A DNA stretch of 64,000 nt from PVC group bacterium. GTDB taxonomy: Bacteria; Verrucomicrobiota; Kiritimatiellia; CAIKKV01; CAITUY01. Numbering within the stretch: position 1 is the stretch's first letter; each line of letters opens with the position of its first letter. The notes below the pieces were generated by a model. The model had not been told where the DNA came from, ran no database searches, and saw only the letters and a list, made by a program, of their open reading frames with translations. A program made the position numbers and the translations under genes. Where the stretch lies: assembly GCA_945890715.1 (NCBI GenBank), contig CAMDCX010000001.1:13751-77750 (forward strand), given 5' to 3'. Of this stretch, positions 46,969 to 57,503 are shown one piece after another.

Positions 46969-47985
46969 ATGGCAGAACGTTTAATCAGCGACGGGTTGAA
47001 TAAACCAGACAAGGATCTTGATGTCCGGTTGAGGCCGACCCGGTTCCGGGATTTTGTGGGGCAGAAAAAGGCCAGCGAACGATTGGAGCTGTTCACGGCG
47101 GCAGCGAAAAAGCGCGGCGATGTGATGGAGCATGTGCTTTTATCAGGGCCGCCTGGGCTTGGTAAAACGACCTTGGCCTATATTCTGGCTGAGGAGATGG
47201 GGGTTAACATCAAGTCGACGTCCGGTCCGGTTATTGATAAGCCGGGCGATCTGGCGGGCCTGCTGACCGGGTTGGAGCGCGGCGATATCCTGTTCATTGA
47301 CGAGATTCACCGGATGCAGCGTTCCGTGGAGGAATACCTGTATTCCGCGATGGAAGATTTCGTCATCGACATCATGATCGATCAGGGCGCCAATGCGCGT
47401 TCCGTAAGACTGAACCTTCAGCATTTTACCCTGTTGGGCGCCACAACGCGGAGTGGATTGCTCACCTCTCCGTTCCGGTCACGATTCGGCCTGTCGATCC
47501 GCCTGGATTATTATCATGCGGCGGATCTGGAACACATCGTCAGGCGGTCAGCCAGGATCCTGGATGTGGATGTTGACGAAGGAGGTGCGCGCGAAATCGC
47601 CCGGCGCTCCCGCGGAACACCCCGGATCTGCAATAATCTGCTCAAGCGCGTCCGTGATTTTGCGCAGGTCAAGGCTGACGGTAAAATCACCGGGGACATT
47701 GCGGCTCAGGCGTTGACGATGCTCGATATTGATGAGGACGGTCTGGATGAGATGGACAAGAGAATTCTTGAAACCATCATGCATCGTTTCTCAGGGGGGC
47801 CTGTAGGCTTGAGTTCACTCTCGGTTTCCGTCGGCGAGGAAGCCGATACCATCGAGGAAGTGTATGAGCCGTTCCTGATCCAGGAAGGATTTCTGAAGCG
47901 AACTCCGCAAGGACGTGTCGCCACCGATCTCTGCTACAAGCGCTTTGGAATCACGCCTGTTGCCAACCAGGAACGGTTGCTGTAA
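46969..47985 (+). CDS. ruvB: Holliday junction DNA helicase RuvB
   Basis: Walker A LLSGPPGLGKTTLA within an AAA+ RuvB architecture. Confidence 0.95.
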   Translation: MAERLISDGLNKPDKDLDVRLRPTRFRDFVGQKKASERLELFTAAAKKRGDVMEHVLLSGPPGLGKTTLAYILAEEMGVNIKSTSGPVIDKPGDLAGLLTGLERGDILFIDEIHRMQRSVEEYLYSAMEDFVIDIMIDQGANARSVRLNLQHFTLLGATTRSGLLTSPFRSRFGLSIRLDYYHAADLEHIVRRSARILDVDVDEGGAREIARRSRGTPRICNNLLKRVRDFAQVKADGKITGDIAAQALTMLDIDEDGLDEMDKRILETIMHRFSGGPVGLSSLSVSVGEEADTIEEVYEPFLIQEGFLKRTPQGRVATDLCYKRFGITPVANQERLL

Positions 47986-48073
47986 TTAGGTGTGACATTG
48001 TGTCTCTTGTTGTTCAGTCCTTTCCGAAATCGCGACACTATGTCGCCTTTTAAAATTTTTCGAAATGCGATAA

Positions 48074-48091
48074 AACTATTTTAAAATAGTT
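48074..48091. promoter_or_regulatory. Perfect 18-bp palindrome AACTATTTTAAAATAGTT upstream of dnaK (candidate regulator/activator site)
   Basis: The sequence is its own reverse complement. It lies about 60 nt upstream of the sigma-54-type promoter. Confidence 0.45.
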
Positions 48092-48149
48092 GTATCCTAT
48101 TGGTAGTAAAGTTTTTACGATTCATAATATTGATAGCATTTTGGTGTTT

Positions 48150-48164
48150 TGGCACACGCTTTGC
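48150..48164 (+). promoter_or_regulatory. Sigma-54-type -24/-12 promoter (TGGCAC-N5-TTGC) upstream of dnaK
   Basis: TGGCACacgcTTTGCT matches the consensus TGGCACG-N4-TTGCW exactly in both elements and in spacing. It sits 70 nt upstream of the dnaK ATG. Confidence 0.6.
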
Positions 48165-48233
48165 TATTAAAGAAGCCCTGTTGAGAATTATCATGAATGT
48201 CACACTTCCCTATTTAGGGAGAGGAGTTTAATT

Positions 48234-50156
48234 ATGGCTAAAGTATTAGGAATTGATTTGGGGACGACCAATTCGTGTATGTCCGTGATGGAGGGGGGCG
48301 AACCGGTTGTGATTCCGAATGCCGAGGGGATGAGGACGACTCCCTCCATTGTAGCGTTCACGAAGTCCGGTGAGCGGTTGGTGGGTCAGGCGGCCAAGCG
48401 GCAGTCGATTACCAACTCGCAGAACACGATTTATTCCATCAAGCGGTTCATGGGGCGTAAGTTTGACGAAGTGGCTCATGAAATCTCGCTGGTTCCCTAC
48501 AAAGTGGCGCGCGCCAAGAACGGGGATGTTCAGGTTCAGGTGGGTGACAATGTTTACTCACCGCCGGAGATTTCCTCCATGATCCTCCAGAAGATGCGTG
48601 CCGATGCCGAGGCTTATCTAGGCGAGAAGATCACCCAGGCGGTCATCACGGTGCCCGCGTACTTCAACGACAGTCAGCGCCAGGCGACCAAGGATGCCGG
48701 GAAGATTGCCGGCCTCGAGGTGTTGCGCATCATCAACGAACCCACCGCCGCCTCGCTAGCCTACGGCTTGGACAAGAAAAAGGATGAGAAGATTGCCGTG
48801 TACGATTTGGGAGGCGGAACCTTCGACATCTCCGTGCTTGATATCGGCGAGGGCGTATTTGAAGTCAAGGCGACCAATGGCGATACCCATCTCGGTGGCG
48901 ATGATTTTGACCATACCATCATGACCTGGTTGGCGAATGAATTCAAACGGGAGCAGGGGATCGACCTGACCAAGGATGCCATGGCGATGCAGCGGCTCAA
49001 GGAGGCCGCTGAAAAGGCCAAGTGCGAGCTCTCCAGCGCCCTCAGTACGGAGATCAACCTGCCCTTCATCAGCGCCGATGCGTCGGGGCCAAAGCATCTG
49101 ACGGTAACGTTGTCGCGCGCCAAGCTGGAGCAACTGGTGGATTCCCTGATCGAGCGCACCATGCAGCCCGTGAAGAACTGTATGAAGGACTCGGGGCTCT
49201 CGACTGTGGACGAAGTAGTCCTGGTAGGGGGAATGACCCGCATGCCGAAGGTTCAGGAGATGGCGGGCAAGCTCTTCAACAAGGAGCCGCACAAGGGTGT
49301 CAATCCGGACGAAGTGGTGGCCGTGGGTGCCGCGATCCAGGGCGGTATCCTGAAGGGTGAAGTCAAGGATGTGCTGTTGCTCGACGTGACCCCGCTGTCG
49401 CTGGGTATTGAAACGCTCGGCCGCGTGTTCACGCCTCTGATTGAGCGCAATACAACGGTTCCGACGAAGAAGACGGAAATTTTCAGCACGGCCTCCGACA
49501 ACCAGCCGTCCGTTGAAATTCATGTTCTTCAGGGTGAGCGGAAAATGGCCGATCAGAACAAGACTATTGGCCGGTTCCACCTGGATGGCATTCCCCCGGC
49601 CGCCCGCGGCGTTCCCCAGGTCGAAGTGACCTTTGACGTCGATGCGAACGGCATTCTCCATGTGTCCGCTAAGGATCTGGGGACCGGCCGCGAGCAGAAG
49701 ATCACGATCACCGCCTCAAGCGGTTTGTCCGATTCCGAGATCAAGGAAATGGTCAAGGATGCCGAGGAGCACGCCGAGGATGACAAGAAGCGGCGCGAGA
49801 CAGCGGAAACCCGGAATATGGCGGATAATCTGGTCTACCAGACGGAGAAGCTGATCAAGGATCAGGGCGAGAAGATGCCTGAGGACAAGAAACGGCCGGT
49901 TCAGGACGCCGTCGAAAAGGTCAAGACTGCGCTCAAGGGGGATGATAACGACTCCATCAAGTCGGCCATGGATGAATTGAATACCGTGATGCAGGCCTTC
50001 ACCGCAGAGCTGTATTCCCAGGCCAAGGCGGCCCATCCTGCTGGCGCTCCCGAAGAAGGGGCCGGGCCGGGCGGCAAGACGGAGGGCAAGGGCAAGGGCG
50101 GCAAGGATGACGTGATTGATGCCGACTTTGAGATGGTTGACGACAAGAAGAAGTAA
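48234..50156 (+). CDS. dnaK: Molecular chaperone DnaK (Hsp70)
   Basis: [16 protein letters not shown]…, 640 aa, canonical Hsp70. Confidence 0.98.
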   Translation: MAKVLGIDLGTTNSCMSVMEGGEPVVIPNAEGMRTTPSIVAFTKSGERLVGQAAKRQSITNSQNTIYSIKRFMGRKFDEVAHEISLVPYKVARAKNGDVQVQVGDNVYSPPEISSMILQKMRADAEAYLGEKITQAVITVPAYFNDSQRQATKDAGKIAGLEVLRIINEPTAASLAYGLDKKKDEKIAVYDLGGGTFDISVLDIGEGVFEVKATNGDTHLGGDDFDHTIMTWLANEFKREQGIDLTKDAMAMQRLKEAAEKAKCELSSALSTEINLPFISADASGPKHLTVTLSRAKLEQLVDSLIERTMQPVKNCMKDSGLSTVDEVVLVGGMTRMPKVQEMAGKLFNKEPHKGVNPDEVVAVGAAIQGGILKGEVKDVLLLDVTPLSLGIETLGRVFTPLIERNTTVPTKKTEIFSTASDNQPSVEIHVLQGERKMADQNKTIGRFHLDGIPPAARGVPQVEVTFDVDANGILHVSAKDLGTGREQKITITASSGLSDSEIKEMVKDAEEHAEDDKKRRETAETRNMADNLVYQTEKLIKDQGEKMPEDKKRPVQDAVEKVKTALKGDDNDSIKSAMDELNTVMQAFTAELYSQAKAAHPAGAPEEGAGPGGKTEGKGKGGKDDVIDADFEMVDDKKK

Positions 50157-50225
50157 GGATTAGACGCGGGTGCGGCTGTTCCGCAGTCCGCGATAGGGTA
50201 ACGTAACAAGAAAAGGAGAACTGTA

Positions 50226-50516
50226 ATGTTGAAAGTGAAACCGTTGGCGGATCGGGTTCTGGTTGAACCCAAGAAGGATCAGGAAATGAAGAAGGGCGGG
50301 ATTATCATTCCCGACAGCGCGAAGGAAAAACCCATGGAGGGTACCGTGATCGCCGTGGGAACCGGCAAGCGTGACGAAGCGGGGAAATTGATCCCGTTCA
50401 CCGTCAAGGCGGGCGACAAGGTTCTGATGCCCAAGTACGGCGGCACCGAGGTCAAGATTGACGACAAGGAATACCAGATTATTCGCGAGGATGACATTCT
50501 GGGCGTTCTGGAATAA
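50226..50516 (+). CDS. groES: Co-chaperonin GroES
   Basis: A 96-aa protein with [15 protein letters not shown]… and the mobile loop. Confidence 0.95.
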   Translation: MLKVKPLADRVLVEPKKDQEMKKGGIIIPDSAKEKPMEGTVIAVGTGKRDEAGKLIPFTVKAGDKVLMPKYGGTEVKIDDKEYQIIREDDILGVLE

Positions 50517-50561
50517 GTGTTACTCATCGATTTGAAATCATAACTACAGGAGAGACAGACA

Positions 50562-52211
50562 ATGGCTGACAGAGGCAAGCAACTCAAGTATGACAGCGAA
50601 GCGCGCCAGGCGATGCTTCGCGGTGTGGAAAAATTGAGCCGCGCCGTCAAGGTAACCCTTGGCCCGTGCGGGCGTAACGTGATTCTGGACAAGAAATTCG
50701 GTTCGCCGACCATCACCAAGGATGGTGTGACGGTGGCCAAGGAAATCGAACTTCCGGATCCCTTTGAAAACATGGGTGCCCAGATGGTTCGTGAAGTCGC
50801 CAGCAAGACCAGCGATACCGCTGGTGACGGTACGACGACCGCGACCCTTCTCGCCGAGAACATCTACCGCGAAGGTCTGAAGAACGTGACGGCCGGCGCC
50901 AACCCGATGAGCCTCAAGCGCGGTATCGACAAGGCCGTGGAAGCGGTCGTGGAAGCGATTGCCAAGCAGTCCAAGCGGGTCAAGGAGCATGTCGAAATCG
51001 CCCAGGTCGCGACCATTTCCGCCAACGGCGAAGTCGCCATCGGCGAAATTATCGCGGATGCCATGGACAAGGTCGGCAAGGATGGCACCATCACCGTCGA
51101 GGAGGCCAAGGCCATCGAGACGACGCTGGATGTGGTCGAGGGAATGCAGTTCGACAAGGGCTATATCTCCCCGTACTTCGCCACGAACATGGAAGCCATG
51201 GAAGCGGCGTTGGAAGATGCGTACATTCTGATCTACGAGAAGAAGATCTCGAACCTTCAGGATTTGCTGCCCCTTCTCCAGAATGTGGCCAAGTTGGGCA
51301 AGCCGTTGCTGATCATCGCCGAGGATATCGAGGGTGAAGCTTTGGCGACACTCGTGGTGAACCGCCTGCGTGGCACGCTGCAGATCTGCGCCGTCAAGGC
51401 GCCGGGCTTCGGCGACCGTCGCAAGGAAATGATGAAGGATATCGCAGTCCTGACCGGTGGCGAATGCATCACCGAGGATCTCGGCATCAAGCTGGAGAAC
51501 GTTAAGATCGAGGATCTGGGTCGTGCGAAACGCGTGACCGTGGACAAGGAAAACACCACGATCGTTGAAGGCGCCGGCAAGGCTTCTGCGATCCAGGGTC
51601 GTGTGGCGCAGATCAAGCGTCAGATCGAAGATACCACCTCGGATTATGACCGCGAGAAGCTCCAGGAGCGCCTGGCGAAGCTCGCCGGTGGCGTGGCCGT
51701 CATCAATGTCGGCGCCGCGACCGAGACCGAGATGAAGGAGAAGAAGGCTCGCGTTGAGGATGCGCTTCATGCAACCCGCGCCGCTGTTGAAGAGGGCGTT
51801 GTGCCCGGCGGTGGTGTGGCCCTGTTGCGGTGTCTGTCCGCGCTGGACAAGGTGGTTGCCGAAGGCGACGAGAAGATCGGTGTGGATATCATCCGCCGTT
51901 GTCTCGAGGCGCCCCTGCGTCAGCTTGTGGATAATGCCGGCCTCGAAGGCGCCGTTATCGTCCAGGAAGTCAAGAAGCAGAAGGGGAACATGGGTTACAA
52001 TGTGGCCACACGGCAGTATACCGACCTGATCAAGGACGGCGTGCTGGATCCGGCCAAGGTGACCCGCATGGCGTTGCAGAACGCCGCGAGTATCTCCGGC
52101 CTGCTCCTGACGAGCGAGTGCATGATCACCGAGATCCCGAGCACCGAGAAGCCGGCTCCGATGCCGGGCGGCGGTGGCGGGATGGGCGGTATGGGCGGAG
52201 ACATGTACTAA
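50562..52211 (+). CDS. groL: Chaperonin GroEL
   Basis: 549 aa with a Gly/Met-rich C-terminal tail ([13 protein letters not shown]). Confidence 0.98.
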   Translation: MADRGKQLKYDSEARQAMLRGVEKLSRAVKVTLGPCGRNVILDKKFGSPTITKDGVTVAKEIELPDPFENMGAQMVREVASKTSDTAGDGTTTATLLAENIYREGLKNVTAGANPMSLKRGIDKAVEAVVEAIAKQSKRVKEHVEIAQVATISANGEVAIGEIIADAMDKVGKDGTITVEEAKAIETTLDVVEGMQFDKGYISPYFATNMEAMEAALEDAYILIYEKKISNLQDLLPLLQNVAKLGKPLLIIAEDIEGEALATLVVNRLRGTLQICAVKAPGFGDRRKEMMKDIAVLTGGECITEDLGIKLENVKIEDLGRAKRVTVDKENTTIVEGAGKASAIQGRVAQIKRQIEDTTSDYDREKLQERLAKLAGGVAVINVGAATETEMKEKKARVEDALHATRAAVEEGVVPGGGVALLRCLSALDKVVAEGDEKIGVDIIRRCLEAPLRQLVDNAGLEGAVIVQEVKKQKGNMGYNVATRQYTDLIKDGVLDPAKVTRMALQNAASISGLLLTSECMITEIPSTEKPAPMPGGGGGMGGMGGDMY

Positions 52212-52238
52212 ACCGTTTGTAGAAAACGGTTGACCTGT

Positions 52239-52277
52239 GTAAACGGGGCGCATACACTGCGCCCCGTTTACTTTTCT
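52239..52277 (+). terminator. Rho-independent terminator after groEL
   Basis: A 14-bp perfect stem GTAAACGGGGCGCA / TGCGCCCCGTTTAC with loop TACAC, followed by TTTTCT. Confidence 0.85.
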
Positions 52278-52294
52278 ATATACGGAGGTGGATT

Positions 52295-52531
52295 TTGAAT
52301 GCTGAACTGATTGAAAAAGCAAAATTGAAGATGGGCTCAGTCCCGTTGCTCGTGAATATGATTTCCCGTCGCGTGCGCCAGCTGAATGCCGGCATGCGTC
52401 CTTATCTTAAGCCGCTCAGCCAGAATGAAGAGAAGGTTGATATCGCCCTTCGCGAAATCGTGGAAGGCAAATTGACTGCCGAAATCGGCTATTTCGATCC
52501 GTCCGCTCCCGCTTCGGCTGCCAGCCATTGA
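52295..52531 (+). CDS. rpoZ: RNA polymerase omega subunit
   Basis: 78 aa with the …LLVNMISRRVRQLNAG… core resembling omega (LV-AA-RARQL-G). The TTG start is preceded by GGAGGTG. Confidence 0.65.
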   Translation: MNAELIEKAKLKMGSVPLLVNMISRRVRQLNAGMRPYLKPLSQNEEKVDIALREIVEGKLTAEIGYFDPSAPASAASH

Positions 52532-52548
52532 TGCTTGGGCAGTGACCT

Positions 52549-53022
52549 ATGGCGGCCGCTAAGGACAAGAAGGACGCGGGAAAGGCCGCAACCAATCGCA
52601 AGGCGTTCCACGATTATTTTGTCGTGGATCGTTTTGAGGCCGGAATTGAGCTTCTGGGAACCGAAGTGAAGTCGGTTCGAGCCTCCAATGTCACGCTGAC
52701 CGGCGGATACGCCAAAATTGAAGAATCCGGACGGGTTCTTCTCTATGATGTCCATATCGCGCCCTACGAATGCGGGAACCGCTTCAATCACGAACCCACC
52801 CGGCCCCGCACCCTGCTGCTTCATCGTCGTGAAATTGAACGGCTCAAGGGGTTGATTGCCACCAAAGGCTACACCATGATCCCTCTTAAAATGTATTTCC
52901 TGAAGCGCTGGGCCAAGGTCGAAATCGGCCTGTGCAAGGGGAAACAGGACGAGGATAAGCGCAATACCCTGCGCCGCAAGGACGCCGACAAGGAAACCCG
53001 TCGCGCCATGGCAAGGTTCTAG
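52549..53022 (+). CDS. smpB: SsrA-binding protein
   Basis: KAFHDYFVVDRFEAGIELLGTEVKS… with a C-terminal basic tail. Confidence 0.95.
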   Translation: MAAAKDKKDAGKAATNRKAFHDYFVVDRFEAGIELLGTEVKSVRASNVTLTGGYAKIEESGRVLLYDVHIAPYECGNRFNHEPTRPRTLLLHRREIERLKGLIATKGYTMIPLKMYFLKRWAKVEIGLCKGKQDEDKRNTLRRKDADKETRRAMARF

Positions 53023-53041
53023 CGTAGTGTCCCTCAAAACA

Positions 53042-53280
53042 AAGATCACCACCCGCTTCGCTGGAGATACGGAGAGGTGGAGGGGAGAGTAAAAAATCAC
53101 GCAACACCTCCTCGGGAGGAAGGCCAAAAGAATTTCGGCGCTACGCTAGCTCGGGTATTCCTCGAGGAACGGTGTTGCGGCATTTTTGTGCGGTGTACTC
53201 GCCGCATAAAAATGCCGCAACATTTTTCTTTGCCTCTCTTGATCCCCTCCGTTTCTTCAAGCGAAGCGGGTGGTAATCTT
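53042..53280. mobile_element. MITE-like palindromic element of about 239 bp with 21-bp terminal inverted repeats and internal hairpins
   Basis: Terminal inverted repeats are aagatcaccacccgcttcgct (53042-53062) and agcgaagcgggtggtaatctt (53260-53280), 20 of 21 matching. Subterminal similarity acggag…gggga. The internal perfect hairpin is GTTGCGGCATTTTTGTGCGG…CCGCATAAAAATGCCGCAAC. No coding capacity. Confidence 0.5.
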
Positions 53281-53285
53281 CGCTT

Positions 53286-54425
53286 TTACTTCGCGCTCTT
53301 TTTCGGGATCCAACCGATTCCTTGGCTGCAGGAGATGCGAATCCAGTCATCGCTGGATGAATCCACGGTAACGGGAGTGCCGGGTTGAATGGTGAAAAGT
53401 TCACGGGCTGAATCGGAGGGGCCGAAACGTGCCGTTGTTTCTGCATCCCCTTGGATGACCATGCGCTGGCGACCTTGTAGACGGGTCCCCATTCTGATCC
53501 ACCACGAATCCGGAGAGGATGAATGCCCTGCGGCCGGGAGGATTGAATTCTGAGTAGTACATCCCGTGAGCGCCTGTGTGGGGACATAGACCGGATGCTC
53601 GGGGGGGCGTTCAGCATGGAGTGTGATAGGGAACGGCCCGGAAACCAGGGTTTTGTAACGGGATTCACGACTGTCAAAACAGGTCAGGGCGAAGGCGGGA
53701 AGCGCCTTCAGGGAATTTTCCTGAGGGATCACAGTCTGACGGAAAACCTGCCGGGTGGGGCTGCTTTCTTCGGGAACAGGCTTCGACTCATACACCTTGA
53801 GGCCTGGAATGGGAACGGCCTGGGGCACGCTGAAGGTCTCGGGAAGCCAGTCGCCCTCCACCGTAAAAGACAGGGTAATCAAGTCTCCTAAGGCGATATC
53901 CAGGGGAACGGCCTTTACGCGGAATGTGTAATTCCCGACCAGTCCTGAAAACCGGGGCGGGCGACCCGCCTCCGGAAGGGGAAGGGCGGTGATGGGGAAG
54001 GGTTCAACGGGAATATGGATAGCCCGGCGGACTTGCTGCATGATAAACAGGGTTCGGCTGGTTTGAATCAGGGTTCCCTCCAGCCGGGGAGCCAGGGTCA
54101 TTGTGCCCGGTTTTTTCACGCGGGCCCAGGTCCGGAACCGGCGAATTTCAATCGTTTTTTCTCCCTGGACAACGGTTTCATTGGGTAGTTCCTCAAATGA
54201 GCGTATTTGAATGTCTCCCGGGGGCGGAAGTGCGGCGATGGAGATCTCCTTGTCAAGGGCATCTCCCGATATCCGAAACTCCAAGGTCAGCAGAAAGGCT
54301 TCTCCGGCATGGAGCCTTTCCCGATCCTTGAAAAAATGGGCGGTGACGCGAGATTCCGGGAATGCGGGCTGACTGAAGCATCCCATTACCGCGAGAATCA
54401 GCATGATGGATCGCCTTCGTTTCAT
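53286..54425 (-). CDS. BatD-like (oxygen-tolerance family) protein with signal peptide and C-terminal SH3-like domain
   Basis: Starts MKRRRSIMLILAVMGCFSQPA (signal peptide). The repeated beta-rich BatD-like core is followed by …DDWIRISCSQGIGWIP (SH3b-like). Confidence 0.55.
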   Translation of the reverse strand: MKRRRSIMLILAVMGCFSQPAFPESRVTAHFFKDRERLHAGEAFLLTLEFRISGDALDKEISIAALPPPGDIQIRSFEELPNETVVQGEKTIEIRRFRTWARVKKPGTMTLAPRLEGTLIQTSRTLFIMQQVRRAIHIPVEPFPITALPLPEAGRPPRFSGLVGNYTFRVKAVPLDIALGDLITLSFTVEGDWLPETFSVPQAVPIPGLKVYESKPVPEESSPTRQVFRQTVIPQENSLKALPAFALTCFDSRESRYKTLVSGPFPITLHAERPPEHPVYVPTQALTGCTTQNSILPAAGHSSSPDSWWIRMGTRLQGRQRMVIQGDAETTARFGPSDSARELFTIQPGTPVTVDSSSDDWIRISCSQGIGWIPKKSAK

Positions 54426-54600
54426 GAATGGCGGAAAGTTTAGCGTCCGCCTCTTGGGGCGTAAAGTTATTAAGCGAAGACTTAATGACTGGCAAAACAT
54501 GGGTGAGTGCTGCATACTAATATTCCTGAAATAATCTGGACATGATCTTGGAAGAGCCACGCCTTAACAGGCGCGGCTACGTAGCCGCCGCGGTTACGCG

Positions 54601-55320
54601 GTGGCCGGATCATGGCTGGATTATTATGGGAACATTAATGACGGGATCGAAATTCTCATGATTCTTTATGTGGTGATGGAAACGGCGGAGAAGTACCAAT
54701 CCGGGAACTGGCATCGCCAGAGGTTGATTCTTGAGGAAACCTCAGGCTATTTCTGCCTGATGATTCATTACAAACAACTCAACCTGAAGATGCTGGCTGA
54801 GCTTTGTCCCCGCGCCATTGTGTACAGCGGCGCGTCCACCCCGTTTGAGGATTATGATGTCCGCCGGACCAAGGCGTATCAACACGTGGTTCTGACCTCG
54901 GATATTCCACAATTGGGGATTTGTGGTGGCCACCAGCTGGCGGCTGAAATTTTTGGGAGTACGGTGGGGATAATGCGGAGAACACGCGCGAACGAACCCG
55001 ATCACAACCCCAAGTATCACCCCGGGGAATACAAGGAATGGGGTGTTTATCCGGTGACTATTCTCCAGCGGGAGCCCTTGTTTTCAGGTTGCCGTAACCT
55101 CATCCGGGTTCAGCAGTTTCATCGAAGCGAAATCAAGAAATTGGGCAGGGATTTGATTGTATTGGCAAGCAGTTCGGCCTGTCGGGTACAGGCTTTTCGC
55201 CATACCGAGAGACCTTTTTTCGGGGTTCAGTTTCATCCTGAAGAGGCGACGGAAGCCTATCCGGACGGGTTCACGATTCTCCGGAACTTCTTCCGATGGG
55301 CTGCCACTCGACAGAAATAA
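54601..55320 (+). CDS. Class I glutamine amidotransferase-like protein
   Basis: Catalytic Cys in LGICGGHQL and C-terminal …GVQFHPE (His/Glu of the triad). Confidence 0.7.
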   Translation: MAGSWLDYYGNINDGIEILMILYVVMETAEKYQSGNWHRQRLILEETSGYFCLMIHYKQLNLKMLAELCPRAIVYSGASTPFEDYDVRRTKAYQHVVLTSDIPQLGICGGHQLAAEIFGSTVGIMRRTRANEPDHNPKYHPGEYKEWGVYPVTILQREPLFSGCRNLIRVQQFHRSEIKKLGRDLIVLASSSACRVQAFRHTERPFFGVQFHPEEATEAYPDGFTILRNFFRWAATRQK

Positions 55321-55382
55321 CGACTTTATGGTAGATCTTAGGCTTTTGCAGGGGAATTCCAAACATCGATGGGTGTAGTGTC

Positions 55383-56198
55383 ATGAAAGCAGCACTAAAA
55401 TTACGGCAGGGCATCACGGATGCCAGGCGGGTGGTGGTCAAAATCGGAAGCCGCGTCTTGGTTCAAAAAACCGGGCGTCCGGAACACCGTCGCATCAAGG
55501 CATTGGTCGCCGAGATGGCGAAATTGCAGCAGAACGGCATTGAAGTTGTTCTGGTTACATCCGGTGCGATCGGGGCAGGGATGGAAGCCCTTGGGATGAC
55601 AAGCCGTCCGACGGCCCTACCGGACCTCCAGATGGCGGCGGCTGTGGGACAGTCCCGTCTGATGACTGCCTACGACAAATTATTTTCGGCAAAACGCTGC
55701 AAGGTTGGGCAGGTGTTGCTCACCCATGACGATTTCAACCATGCGATCCGCCAGAACAATGCCTGCCGTACCATTGAAAATATGCTCCGGCACAAGGTCA
55801 TTCCCATCGTCAACGAGAACGATGTGGTGGCGGACGAGGAAATCCGGGCCGACATCAAGCTCGGTGACAATGATTTTCTGGCCTCTCTGGTCGTGCGCCT
55901 GATCCGGGCGGATTTATTGATCATCCTGAGCACTGTCGATGGATTGAGGGCTCCGGGAGCCAATGGGAAAACCCGCAGGGTTTCCTGTCTCGAGCGGGTT
56001 GACAAGAAGACGCTGGCACTCGTAACGGGGCAAAAAGGAAATTTGTCAACCGGGGGCATGGGATCCAAGTTGAGGGCGGCTGAACTGGCCGCCCGTTCGG
56101 GATCTCATGTGGTGATTGCCGATGGGCGAAAAATTGGAAACATCACCCGCGTGATACGCGGGGAGGATGTCGGAACCTTTGTGGTGGCTTCACTGTAG
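55383..56198 (+). CDS. proB: Glutamate 5-kinase (short form without PUA domain)
   Basis: VVKIGSRVL…VLVTSGAIGAG within the amino-acid kinase fold. Confidence 0.9.
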   Translation: MKAALKLRQGITDARRVVVKIGSRVLVQKTGRPEHRRIKALVAEMAKLQQNGIEVVLVTSGAIGAGMEALGMTSRPTALPDLQMAAAVGQSRLMTAYDKLFSAKRCKVGQVLLTHDDFNHAIRQNNACRTIENMLRHKVIPIVNENDVVADEEIRADIKLGDNDFLASLVVRLIRADLLIILSTVDGLRAPGANGKTRRVSCLERVDKKTLALVTGQKGNLSTGGMGSKLRAAELAARSGSHVVIADGRKIGNITRVIRGEDVGTFVVASL

Positions 56199-56221
56199 GG
56201 ACGGCGACGAGAGGAGTCTGT

Positions 56222-57481
56222 ATGGGTCTGCATGAAGAAATGCTGATGTTGGGAGAGAAGGCGGTGGCAGCATCGCGTGATTTGGCCCGCCTCTCGGCCA
56301 GGAAGAAAAACACGATCCTGCTGTCCATGGCCGATGAAATTGAGGCGGCCCGTGAGAGTCTGAAGCAGGCAAATGGAAAAGATCTGGAGGCCGCGCGCGC
56401 GTCCGGCATGTCGGCGGCCCTGCTCGACCGGTTGACGCTCACGGATTCTCGAATCAATGCCATGGCAAAAGGACTGCGAGAAGTTTCCGGGCTCAAGGAT
56501 CCGGTAGGGGCGGTCATCAGTCGCTGGATTCGACCCAATGGGTTGGAGATTCTCAAGACCCGGATTCCGATCGGAGTGATTGCGATTATCTATGAATCGC
56601 GTCCGAATGTCACCGCCGATGCGGCGGGATTATGTTTCAAGACGGCGAATGCCGTTATTTTACGGGGTGGCAAAGAGTCCCTCTACTCTAACCAGGCGAT
56701 TGTTGAGGTGCTTCGGGCTGGCGGCAAAAAAAAGGGGCTTCCTGAAAACGCCATTCAGCTGGTGATGACAACGGATCGGGAGGCCGTGCGGGAACTGGTT
56801 CAGCTTGAGGGAAAGGTGGATCTCGTTATTCCCCGGGGCGGCGAAAGTCTCATTCGTGCGGTTGTGGAGCAGGCCCGGGTTCCCGTGATCAAGCACTATA
56901 AGGGTGTGTGTCATACCTATGTGGATGTTTCTGCGGATTTGGATATGGCCCTCAAGATTTGTGAAAACGCAAAGTGTCAGCGTCCGGGCGTGTGCAATGC
57001 GATGGAAACCCTTCTGGTGCATGAGGCCGTGGCGGTTCCGTTTTTGAAAAAGGTGGCCGCCCGCTTGGGCGGTGACTTGAAAGTTGAACTCAGGGGGGAT
57101 GAGGCGTCGCGGGCACTTGTTCCGACCATGACGCCGGCGACCGAGGAAGATTGGTCGGCGGAATTCCTGGATTTGATTCTGGCCGTCCGGGTGGTGCCCT
57201 CCCTGAAGGCGGCGATTGAGCATATCAATCGCTACGGCTCAAACCATTCGGACGCCATTATTGCCAATTCACCCGAAGCCCAGAAGGAATTCACCCATGA
57301 AGTCGGGTCGGCGGCCGTCTATGTCAATGCTTCCACCCGGTTTACCGATGGTGCGGAATTCGGAATGGGTGCCGAAATCGGAATCAGTACCGATAAGCTG
57401 CATGCACGCGGCCCTATGGGACTTGAAGAACTGACGACCTACAAGTACGTCATCAGTGGTGACGGCCAGATTCGCGAATAA
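56222..57481 (+). CDS. proA: Gamma-glutamyl phosphate reductase
   Basis: 419-aa ALDH-fold protein immediately downstream of proB. Confidence 0.9.
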   Translation: MGLHEEMLMLGEKAVAASRDLARLSARKKNTILLSMADEIEAARESLKQANGKDLEAARASGMSAALLDRLTLTDSRINAMAKGLREVSGLKDPVGAVISRWIRPNGLEILKTRIPIGVIAIIYESRPNVTADAAGLCFKTANAVILRGGKESLYSNQAIVEVLRAGGKKKGLPENAIQLVMTTDREAVRELVQLEGKVDLVIPRGGESLIRAVVEQARVPVIKHYKGVCHTYVDVSADLDMALKICENAKCQRPGVCNAMETLLVHEAVAVPFLKKVAARLGGDLKVELRGDEASRALVPTMTPATEEDWSAEFLDLILAVRVVPSLKAAIEHINRYGSNHSDAIIANSPEAQKEFTHEVGSAAVYVNASTRFTDGAEFGMGAEIGISTDKLHARGPMGLEELTTYKYVISGDGQIRE

Positions 57482-57503
57482 GGGGTGTTTACTGTTCCGG
57501 ATG

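Noticed and set aside
50157-50225. CIRCE (TTAGCACTC-N9-GAGTGCTAA) HrcA operator upstream of groES or dnaK
   Set aside because: No match, even with several mismatches allowed. Only a small GC hairpin is present, likely the dnaK 3' structure.
53023-53285. tmRNA (ssrA), possibly permuted, expected near smpB
   Set aside because: No tRNA-like T-arm or acceptor (GGTTCGAnTCC…CCA) and no tag-peptide frame ending in ALAA-stop could be found on either strand. The region is better explained by the inverted-repeat element.
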